A stretch of 64,000 nt of DNA from a virus (taxonomy: Duplodnaviria; Caudoviricetes). The notes under the pieces are model-generated. The model was given only the letters and a program-made list of their open reading frames with translations, had not been told where the DNA came from and did not search any database. The stretch is from the IMG/VR virus record IMGVR_UViG_3300005336_000003, positions 237 to 64,236 of that record, one strand, 5' to 3'. This document shows positions 1 to 7,361 of this stretch, one piece after another. A program made the translations under genes and the position numbers. Position 1 is the first letter of the stretch. Each line of letters opens with the position of its first letter.

Positions 1-2
1 AT

Positions 3-404
3 GTTACCAAAGCTCCGGATGCCAACATTGCATTCCTCAACGAGCTAGCGGCTCAAGAGAGCCAGAGAGCAGACTCCCTCATCGCCCGGAATGAGGTCGA
101 GCGCAATCAGCACCAGATCGATGCCGAAGGCCCCAAGATCGTCTTGGAGGCCTACGACATGCTGAATCCTGACTTGGCCCTATACCCCAATCCTACAAGG
201 GATTGTTCGTGGGACTGTGATTTCAGGACAGCCTGCCTAAACATGGATGATGGCAGCGATTGGGTGCATGAGATTGAACAGAGCACCATCAACCGGGAAG
301 AGGATGACTTATCATGGCGGAGCAGAGTACAGTATCCGGAGCTGCCGGAACCCCTACCACGCCTGCACCTAGCACGGCTGCGCCGTCGGCAGCCCCCGCG
401 GTAA
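3..404 (+). CDS. C-terminal part of Cas4/RecB-like PD-(D/E)XK exonuclease (5' truncated)
   Basis: Frame is open from position 3 and ends with YPNPTRDCSWDCDFRTAC, a C-terminal Fe-S Cys cluster. The N-terminal half is at 63428-64000. Confidence 0.8.
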   Translation, partial: VTKAPDANIAFLNELAAQESQRADSLIARNEVERNQHQIDAEGPKIVLEAYDMLNPDLALYPNPTRDCSWDCDFRTACLNMDDGSDWVHEIEQSTINREEDDLSWRSRVQYPELPEPLPRLHLARLRRRQPPR

Positions 405-1405
405 AGGCAGGAGCGGTTGTCCAGGCAGCGGGAGGACAGAAGGTTCAGAGCGGTCCGCCCGCAGGGCAAGTCGCGACTAAGCCAGGCGATCCAAAGCCTG
501 CACCAGGCACTGCTCCAGCTGCCGGAACCAGCCCAGTCCGAGGTCCAACGTTCGTCATTCCTACCGACGCTCAAAAGACCAACCTACCCCACTTCAAGGG
601 CTTGGTATATGGGGACTTCGGAGTTGGCAAAACATGGCTATGGGGAACTGCTGCCGCCGTCCCTGAGATGCGAGACGTCCTGATGATCAGTGCAGAGGCT
701 GGAGAGCTAACACTGAACGATCCGGACAACAAGGTCCCCTTTCACCTGATCGATCCTGTACGTGTGGGGGACTACAAGACGGTTGCAAGGATCTACGACT
801 TCCTCAAGATCCACTGCCTACTTCGTGACAAGGAGGACGAGGAGTCAAAGGAGCGGCTGGTAAAGCTGCAGAAGCTCGTCATGCCGAACATGGCAGAGAA
901 CGAACGTATCCGGCGATACCGGACGGTGATTGTGGATTCCCTCACTGAGGTCGAGTCCTATTGCATGGCGCAGCTACTCGGCATCAACGATACCACCAAG
1001 ATGGACGAGGAGGTCCAAGGAGCAGAGTGGTCCGAGTACAAGAAGCAGCATCAGATGGTGCAGCGGATGATCCGCAACTTCCGGGATCTCCCAATGCACG
1101 TACTGTTCACTGCGTCTCGAGCCTACGTGCAGGACGAGATGAAGCGCCACATCTATTCGCCCATGATGACAGGCAAGCTCTCCAGCCAGATCCAAGGTTT
1201 CATGGATGTGGTGGGATATCTTGTCATCGGACAGGGCGAAGAAGGACAGCCGGCACCGCGACGGCTGTACGTGCAGCCTGGAGCTCGCTATGCAGCGAAG
1301 TCCAGGTTCTCACGGTACCGCGGAACCTTCTTCGACAACCCAACCATGGCAGGAATCCTGCACGATGTAGGGCTGTTGAAGGCAGCTACCCCGACGAAGC
1401 CATAG
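314..1405 (+). CDS. Sak4-like AAA_24 ATPase (ssDNA annealing recombinase)
   Basis: Walker A YGDFGVGKT, Walker B VIVDSLT, DVVGYL and AKSR motifs; lies between an exonuclease and an SSB; Ala/Pro-rich N-terminal extension. Confidence 0.85.
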   Translation: MAEQSTVSGAAGTPTTPAPSTAAPSAAPAVKAGAVVQAAGGQKVQSGPPAGQVATKPGDPKPAPGTAPAAGTSPVRGPTFVIPTDAQKTNLPHFKGLVYGDFGVGKTWLWGTAAAVPEMRDVLMISAEAGELTLNDPDNKVPFHLIDPVRVGDYKTVARIYDFLKIHCLLRDKEDEESKERLVKLQKLVMPNMAENERIRRYRTVIVDSLTEVESYCMAQLLGINDTTKMDEEVQGAEWSEYKKQHQMVQRMIRNFRDLPMHVLFTASRAYVQDEMKRHIYSPMMTGKLSSQIQGFMDVVGYLVIGQGEEGQPAPRRLYVQPGARYAAKSRFSRYRGTFFDNPTMAGILHDVGLLKAATPTKP

Positions 1406-1481
1406 GCAGTCGCAGCTGCATGAACTGACCGCAACAGCAACCACAATCCGGGCCGTACTGGCGCCGGCAAAGGAGACTAGC

Positions 1482-1985
1482 ATGCCAAGCGACACGTTCG
1501 AAGAAACTGCCGGAGTGACCGCCGAAGAGGGTGACGGCGCTCTCATGGTCAATCTGGGGGAGGTCAACGAGAACGGGAACTTCGAGGCGGTGCCTCGCGG
1601 TAACTACCCGGTCACGGTCTCCCAGCTGGACTTCTCGATGAGCCAGCGCTCGAACAACCCAATGTGGACCTGGGTGTTCGAGGTTGAGGAGGGTGAGTAC
1701 GCAGGACGCAAGTTCTTCTACCACACCGTCTTCAACGAGGGAGGCATGCCTCGGGTGAAGCGCACCCTCGCGCGGATCAAGACCGAGGACGGCTACGAGA
1801 AGGTCCTTCTCGGTGGAGCGTTCAGCCCCGAAGCAGTGGCCAACGAGGGTCGGCTGCTCGGAGCACGGGCGAAGATCCGGGTCGACATCCGGACCTACGA
1901 AGGCCAGAAGCGGAACGATGTGAAGGACGTTCTGCCTCCGAGTGAGACCGGCGGTGCCGGTGGCACGGGCTTTGCGGGGGTCTAA
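1482..1985 (+). CDS. DUF669-like single-stranded DNA-binding protein
   Basis: FEAVPRGNYPV..S..NPMW..FEV.EGEYAGRKFF and Y.GQKRNDVK pattern; AAGGAG RBS; follows Sak4. Confidence 0.8.
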   Translation: MPSDTFEETAGVTAEEGDGALMVNLGEVNENGNFEAVPRGNYPVTVSQLDFSMSQRSNNPMWTWVFEVEEGEYAGRKFFYHTVFNEGGMPRVKRTLARIKTEDGYEKVLLGGAFSPEAVANEGRLLGARAKIRVDIRTYEGQKRNDVKDVLPPSETGGAGGTGFAGV

Positions 1986-2250
1986 CCACTCTCCCGAAGC
2001 CAACGAGAAGCGGGCAGCCATTCTTCGGCTGCTCGCCGATCGTGGCTGGGTATCGCTCAGCCAGTTCGCGTTCCTGGTAGGATCCGCCTATCCGACAGTC
2101 TTGCGGATGCGAGATGCCGGTCAAATCCAAACCCACAGGGTAGGAGGTATCTACAGGGTCTACTTGGAAGAGTACAACAGATTTCAACGTAGTGGCAACA
2201 GGGAAAGAATAGATGACACATGTGACGAGGAGAGCCTACGTTCTTCATAG
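1942..2250 (+). CDS. Excisionase-like HTH DNA-binding protein (start uncertain)
   Basis: WVSLSQFAFLVG..YPTVLRM..AGQI.THRVGG.YRV matches the HTH_17 pattern; only GTG/TTG starts are available. Confidence 0.6.
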   Translation: MRPAVPVARALRGSNHSPEANEKRAAILRLLADRGWVSLSQFAFLVGSAYPTVLRMRDAGQIQTHRVGGIYRVYLEEYNRFQRSGNRERIDDTCDEESLRSS

Positions 2251-3016
2251 CGGGGGACTCGACAGCTCCACTGCTTTGGCAGTGGCCTGTCATCGGCTCG
2301 AGGCTGAGATCGACGTGATCTCGGTATCGGTGAATTACGGGCAACGTCATCTGGTTGAGACCGGCTATGCCAAGAAGCTCTGCGAGTGTCTCGGCATCGA
2401 GCACATGGCTGTGGACATGGCAAGGCCTCCCAAGTCGATGCTCACCAACAAGGCCGAGGCAGTGCCGAACGTCAGCTACGACGAGATCCAAGGCATGTCT
2501 CCAACCTACGTTCCCTTCCGCAATGGCCAACTGCTGAGCCGTATTGCCGGCATCGCGCAAGCCTGGGTGATGGAAGGTAAGGAGCAGATCCTCGAGAACC
2601 AGGGAGTTGGCGTTGTCGAGGAGCTGATCCGCCTGCATGGATCCTCGGCAGTTAGCCTCCTGCCTGATGGCAAGGTACAGCTGGACGAAGACCGCGAGGC
2701 AACCGTCTGGTTCGGAGCGCATGCAGAAGATGCCCACAACTGGGCGTATCCGGACTGCACTCCGGAGTTTGTCGGTGCGATGGCCAATGCCATCTACATT
2801 GGCACATACCACAAGGTGCGGCTCGTCACACCATTCATCCACTCTCTCAAGAGCGACATCGTCCGTTACGGTGACGAGCTCGCCCTGCCTTTCGAGCTGA
2901 CGTGGAGCTGCTATGTTGGAGGCGACAAGCACTGTGGGATTTGTCCAACCTGCAGGGCGCGCAAGGAAGCGTTCATCCAGGCAGCCGTCAGGGATCCGAC
3001 AGTCTACGCCGCCTGA
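2213..3016 (+). CDS. queC: 7-cyano-7-deazaguanine synthase
   Basis: SGGLDS, YGQRH, TYVPFRN, YPDC and TWSCY..HCGICPTC..R motifs. Confidence 0.95.
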   Translation: MTHVTRRAYVLHSGGLDSSTALAVACHRLEAEIDVISVSVNYGQRHLVETGYAKKLCECLGIEHMAVDMARPPKSMLTNKAEAVPNVSYDEIQGMSPTYVPFRNGQLLSRIAGIAQAWVMEGKEQILENQGVGVVEELIRLHGSSAVSLLPDGKVQLDEDREATVWFGAHAEDAHNWAYPDCTPEFVGAMANAIYIGTYHKVRLVTPFIHSLKSDIVRYGDELALPFELTWSCYVGGDKHCGICPTCRARKEAFIQAAVRDPTVYAA

Positions 3017-3057
3017 CTGTCCTCCACAACCACAACCACCATACAAGGGGACATATC

Positions 3058-3348
3058 ATGAGTGACGGGCGAGTTGACTTGGGAGACCTGGTGAGGGATC
3101 CTATCACGGGGTTCGAAGGCGTGGTCTCAAGCCGTACTGAGTTCTTGTACGGCTGTGTACGATGCGGCGTCACCTCCCAGACGTTGGACAAGGATGGCAA
3201 GGAGCAGATCCTGTCCTTCGACGAGGCAGGGCTGCAGATAGTGGAGGTAGGGAAGTTCAAGCTGAAGCCCAGCAATGTCTCAACGAGGCCGCCAGGAGGG
3301 CCGGAGAGGCGTATCGACAACCTTCCCGAAGCCCCGGCGAGGAGATAG
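3058..3348 (+). CDS. Conserved phage hypothetical protein (SH3-like beta barrel)
   Basis: LGDLVRDPITGFEGVV..R.E.LYGC pattern; ATG at 3058 after AAGGGG. Confidence 0.6.
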   Translation: MSDGRVDLGDLVRDPITGFEGVVSSRTEFLYGCVRCGVTSQTLDKDGKEQILSFDEAGLQIVEVGKFKLKPSNVSTRPPGGPERRIDNLPEAPARR

Positions 3349-3351
3349 CCG

Positions 3352-3552
3352 ATGGGGCCAGACCAGGAAGCTTTGCTGCAGTTCTTCGAGTACAGCCATC
3401 TGCCTGTCGCTCTCCAGGCCGCCTCTCAGCCGTTCCACACTCTGGCTCACCACCTAGTGGAAAGCCTGCCAAGGAATCCGGAGCGTACGACAGCACTGCG
3501 CAAACTGCTCGAGGCCAAGGATTGCGCCGTGCGCGCATCCATCTTCAAGTAG
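3352..3552 (+). CDS. Small helical phage protein, possibly related to Acb2/Tad1 hairpin proteins
   Basis: LQFFEYSHLP..LQ..S.PF..LA..LP..PERT.ALRKLLEAKDCAVRA; GGAG RBS. The functional link is tentative. Confidence 0.5.
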   Translation: MGPDQEALLQFFEYSHLPVALQAASQPFHTLAHHLVESLPRNPERTTALRKLLEAKDCAVRASIFK

Positions 3553-3576
3553 CCCCAACATCAAGTGAGGCCCAGA

Positions 3577-4155
3577 ATGCCGTTTGGAATGAGTCGGCGG
3601 ATTGAGATCGACATGGCTCACCGTGTACCGACACACGGATCGAAATGCTGGAACGTGCATGGTCACCGCTACGTGATCATCGCAGAAGCCCAGTCGCAGG
3701 CATTACAGGAGGGCGGAGAGCAGACGGATATGGTCGTCGACTTCGGTTTCCTGAAGAACGTCATGGTGGGGCAGATCTACGACTTCTGCGACCACGGCAT
3801 GTGTCTATGGATCGACGATCCTTGGCTGGATCGATTCCTCCTGCGACACACCAGTAAGGCTCGCAAGGTCTGCGAGGAGGAAGGCTGGTACTTCGAGCCT
3901 GAAGATAAGGCTCTCGCTCAGACCAAGCTCCTGGTGGTGAATTTCATCCCAACGGCTGAGCGGCTTGCCGAGTTCTGGTTTCGCCGGATGCTGGCAGGAG
4001 TGTCACAGATATCGGGAGGCAAGGCAGCCCTCTCCCAAGTGGTTGTCCAGGAGACTCCCAACGGGATCGCCTATTACCCTCCAACGATGAAAGCCGCTCC
4101 TGGATCGATGTTCACGTCGCTTATCCGGGATAATATGGGGACAACCAATGTCTGA
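3577..4155 (+). CDS. queD: 6-carboxy-5,6,7,8-tetrahydropterin synthase
   Basis: AHR..KCWNVHGHRY, VDFG, DH, PTAE and ET motifs. Confidence 0.92.
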   Translation: MPFGMSRRIEIDMAHRVPTHGSKCWNVHGHRYVIIAEAQSQALQEGGEQTDMVVDFGFLKNVMVGQIYDFCDHGMCLWIDDPWLDRFLLRHTSKARKVCEEEGWYFEPEDKALAQTKLLVVNFIPTAERLAEFWFRRMLAGVSQISGGKAALSQVVVQETPNGIAYYPPTMKAAPGSMFTSLIRDNMGTTNV

Positions 4156-4915
4156 TGACAAGCCCAATATCGGGGGCTATCGTAAGCACCCGGTGATGGA
4201 GATGTTCGGCCCCACAATCCAAGGTGAGGGGATGCTGTGCGGCCAGGTATCGCACTTCATCAGGTTCGGAGGTTGTACCTATCGATGTACCTGGTGCGAT
4301 AGCATGCATGCAGTAGATCCGGATCAGATCAAGGCGCATGCCAAGTACCTGACGGACAACCAGATCATGCAGGCAGTCCACCAGCTCAACCCCTCTCCGT
4401 GGGTCACGCTGTCCGGAGGAGATCCTTGCATCCACGAGCTGCAGGATCTGGTGGTGAGGCTCAGGCATGATGGCTTCAAGATAGCGGTTGAGACCCAAGG
4501 AGTAATGCGCCGGAGGTGGATTCAGTACTGCCAGGCTGTAACAGTATCTCCGAAGCCTCCAAGCTCAGGCATGGCTGGCAATCTCAACAGCGCAACGCTT
4601 GACTGGTACGTGGATAATCTCGAACCTATCAGGCATCTCGGAATACCCGTCCTAAGCTTCAAGGTAGTGGTATTCGATCGCGTGGATCTTGATTGGGCTT
4701 TGCTCCTCCACCAGAGGTATCCCCGAGTCAGGTTCTTCCTCTCGATCGGGACTGACCGGCCTGAAGAGGCCGAAGGTCTGATTCTCACCACACAGGGGAT
4801 CCTGGATCGCTTCAGGACTATCTCCAGTGAGGTGTTGGCCAATCAGGAGTGGCGTAATGTAACAATCCTACCCCAGATGCATGCTTTGCTCTGGGGTCAT
4901 ACTCAAGGAGTCTGA
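4148..4915 (+). CDS. queE: 7-carboxy-7-deazaguanine synthase (radical SAM)
   Basis: FGPTIQGEG, CTYRCTWCD, SGGDP, ETQG, VSPK and LPQMH motifs. Confidence 0.95.
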   Translation: MSDDKPNIGGYRKHPVMEMFGPTIQGEGMLCGQVSHFIRFGGCTYRCTWCDSMHAVDPDQIKAHAKYLTDNQIMQAVHQLNPSPWVTLSGGDPCIHELQDLVVRLRHDGFKIAVETQGVMRRRWIQYCQAVTVSPKPPSSGMAGNLNSATLDWYVDNLEPIRHLGIPVLSFKVVVFDRVDLDWALLLHQRYPRVRFFLSIGTDRPEEAEGLILTTQGILDRFRTISSEVLANQEWRNVTILPQMHALLWGHTQGV

Positions 4916-4917
4916 TC

Positions 4918-5673
4918 GTGGCAATTCGGAAGAACCGGAAGACCTCCACATCGCGCAAGGCTGGCAAGAAGGTAAGCTCTCCTCGGAAGCCCCACAAGAC
5001 CGTCGAGAACTTCGAGACCTTCGATTATGCGCCTGCCGATATGATGGGAGCAGCAGAGGAGACGGCCGGCGAAGAGATCTGGAAGGGAACTCCCGTGCAT
5101 CCCCAGCAGAGCTACCGCGAGGAGCTGATTCGGGACGCCCTGTGGGGAATATTCGGCTCAACCCTGAGCACCGAAGCCTACCAGAAGACTCCTGGGAGGT
5201 TCCTACGATACCTCGGGGAGTTCAACCGTCAATCTGACACCTCCGAAGTATTGGGAGAGCTATTCGAGGGACCGCGAGCCGAGGGGATCCACGGCTTGGT
5301 TGTCCAACGCAACATCCCTTTCCGGATGTGCTGCGAGCACCATCTGCTTCCGGCTGTAGGGAAGGCCTTCCTCGGCTACATCCCCAACACTAAGGTCGTA
5401 GGGCTGAGCAAGCTGGCTCGCCTGGTGGATGCTATCGGCACCAGCCGCCCGAGCATGCAGGAGCTGCTGTGTGAGGAGATCGTCGATACCCTCGACCGCT
5501 ATACCAATGCCAAAGGAGTGATCTGCGTCATCGACTCCGAGCACTCCTGCATGGCTTGCAGGGGAGTCAACGTTCCGGGAGTGTCAACCTCAACCTCATG
5601 CGTGCGGGGAATCTTTCGGGATGTCCCAGCAGCGCGGAGTGAGTTCTTCTCGCTCATCGGCCGGAGGGAGTAG
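4918..5673 (+). CDS. folE: GTP cyclohydrolase I
   Basis: TPGR, MCCEHHLLP, VVGLSKLAR, QE and HSCMACRGV motifs; basic N-terminal extension. Confidence 0.95.
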   Translation: MAIRKNRKTSTSRKAGKKVSSPRKPHKTVENFETFDYAPADMMGAAEETAGEEIWKGTPVHPQQSYREELIRDALWGIFGSTLSTEAYQKTPGRFLRYLGEFNRQSDTSEVLGELFEGPRAEGIHGLVVQRNIPFRMCCEHHLLPAVGKAFLGYIPNTKVVGLSKLARLVDAIGTSRPSMQELLCEEIVDTLDRYTNAKGVICVIDSEHSCMACRGVNVPGVSTSTSCVRGIFRDVPAARSEFFSLIGRRE

Positions 5674-5677
5674 CCAC

Positions 5678-6457
5678 ATGACCCAATTCGCACCTGTTGC
5701 TCCTCCCCAATTGCTACGTGCCCTGAGGGAGCAGGGCGAGCATGTGGTGGGCAGGTACCACCTCTTGCTGGCTCACGATGTAGCAGCCAAGCCCCATGAG
5801 TACAAGGAGCTGCTGCCTCCCAACAGCATGGTGATCATGGACAACAGCATCATCGAGCTGGGCTACCCTGTGACTCCGCAAGTCATGGGGACGGCTCTGA
5901 GTATCGTACCCTCCCAAGTAGTCGTACTTCCTGACGTGATCAGGAAGAAGGACGAGACTCTGGAGCTGTCCTTCAGGGGTGCCGACTTCTTCAGCAACCT
6001 GCTCAACTTCGGTACGCAGCAATTCATGGTCGTTCCTCAAGGCAACTCCCTGGAGGAACTGAAGGAATGTGCCTACGAGATGCGCTACATCGAGGGTGTA
6101 GGCTGTTGGGGAGTCGGGAGGTTCGTGACCGAGATGCTCGGCAGCCGCGCAGAGTTCGTCAAGTGGCTGTGGGAGACTCGGGAGCTGCACCTAGCAGCTC
6201 GCAAGCATGGGCCGTTCATTCACCTGCTTGGGTTCTCCGAGAATATGGAGGATGACATCGCGTGCGCCAAGCTGCCAGGCGTTCTGGGGATCGATTCGGC
6301 TGTCCCAGTACGTATGGGCCAGAACAGGCAGATGATCTCTCGGAAGCAGAAGGCACACGCACCTCGAGGCGATTGGTGGGATACCGCAGTGCCTTTCATC
6401 CATCCGGAGACGGTCGCGAATCTCAGCCTCGTGCGCAGCTGGATCCAATACGGCTAG
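5678..6457 (+). CDS. Divergent TGT/DpdA-like TIM-barrel protein (candidate preQ0 transferase)
   Basis: IMDNS..ELG, VLPDV, VVPQG, IHLLG and GIDS motifs occur in TGT-fold order; directly after folE with GGAG RBS. Confidence 0.7.
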   Translation: MTQFAPVAPPQLLRALREQGEHVVGRYHLLLAHDVAAKPHEYKELLPPNSMVIMDNSIIELGYPVTPQVMGTALSIVPSQVVVLPDVIRKKDETLELSFRGADFFSNLLNFGTQQFMVVPQGNSLEELKECAYEMRYIEGVGCWGVGRFVTEMLGSRAEFVKWLWETRELHLAARKHGPFIHLLGFSENMEDDIACAKLPGVLGIDSAVPVRMGQNRQMISRKQKAHAPRGDWWDTAVPFIHPETVANLSLVRSWIQYG

Positions 6458-6517
6458 GCACAACACACGCGACTGGATCCAATCCAAGTGCTTGCGCACT
6501 AGTTCGGAGGCCCGCTA

Positions 6518-6802
6518 ATGTCGACTCCTGATACCGAAGAAGCCATCCTAAGGGAGATAGAGTTCCTGGATGTAACATTCCCGGAATACATCGTCGCCGA
6601 GCATGGCAACTTCGTGTATCAGGACTACGACGGCTATTTTGAGATGCTGCCTGCCTGGCGAGCTGCCAGGCTAGCCGAGCTGAAGGAACAACTCGTATGG
6701 CTCAGAACCCGCCCAGTGTCTACCGAAGTACCTTCATCAGCCGATGGGCTCACAACGACCGGGTCATCATCGACGGAGACCCCTCCATCAAAGGAACCGT
6801 AA
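6518..6802 (+). CDS. Hypothetical protein
   Basis: ORF with GGAGG RBS, in operon direction. Confidence 0.5.
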   Translation: MSTPDTEEAILREIEFLDVTFPEYIVAEHGNFVYQDYDGYFEMLPAWRAARLAELKEQLVWLRTRPVSTEVPSSADGLTTTGSSSTETPPSKEP

Positions 6803-6915
6803 CAGGCTTCCGTTGGCACTCTGACGGAGCCCACGAGGTGGAGGTATCCTGGATGCACAACGGAACATCCTATGCTGTTTGGTTTGCCGATAGCCGGCTG
6901 GCGGAGGCTACCTGA
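6697..6915 (+). CDS. Small SH3-like hypothetical protein
   Basis: DRVIIDGD.SIKGTVTG..EVSWMHNG..WF..RL; AAGGA RBS; overlaps the previous ORF by 106 bp. Confidence 0.55.
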   Translation: MAQNPPSVYRSTFISRWAHNDRVIIDGDPSIKGTVTGFRWHSDGAHEVEVSWMHNGTSYAVWFADSRLAEAT

Positions 6916-7121
6916 TGATTGCAGCGATCAGGAGACTCGTCAGGACGTCTTACGGGAGCCACGAACTAGCGCGCGGCGCTTCTGACAGGGTTTCCGCGAG
7001 ATCTGAGCCTCCCGACGTTACCTGCAAGCCCGCAGGGCCGGTGATCTACACGGCTACAAGTGGGGCCGATGTGTTCCCAGCGTTCCTGAAGCGACGCGGC
7101 AGTACTAAGCAGGAGGATCCA

Positions 7122-7361
7122 ATGACCATGGTAGTGGAGTCAGCATCTTTCAAGCGTGACGGGGCTTGGCGCGAGCTGACGTTCATGTACACGAACTACA
7201 AGATGGAGACCGAGCGTCGGCATGTCCTGCCGATGCGTGTCTGGTACGGTAGCTCAGCCTACCATCAAGGTGAGCAGTGGTTCCTGAATGCTCTGGACCT
7301 GGACAAGAACGAGTACCGCAATTTTGCCATGCGTGACATGAAGGACGTAGCCACCCGATGA
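7122..7361 (+). CDS. Stand-alone WYL-domain protein
   Basis: FMYTNYK.E..RR.V.P..VWYG..YH..EQWFL.ALDLDK..YRNFAM; AGGAGG RBS before ATG 7122. An alternative in-frame ATG lies at 6915. Confidence 0.75.
   Translation: MTMVVESASFKRDGAWRELTFMYTNYKMETERRHVLPMRVWYGSSAYHQGEQWFLNALDLDKNEYRNFAMRDMKDVATR

Noticed and set aside
1985-2213. preQ1 riboswitch upstream of the que genes
   Set aside because: The region is coding and lacks the preQ1 stem/A-rich tail signature.
1942-2250. Excisionase implying a temperate lifestyle
   Set aside because: No integrase, CI-like repressor or att site is visible; HTH_17 proteins also occur in lytic phages.
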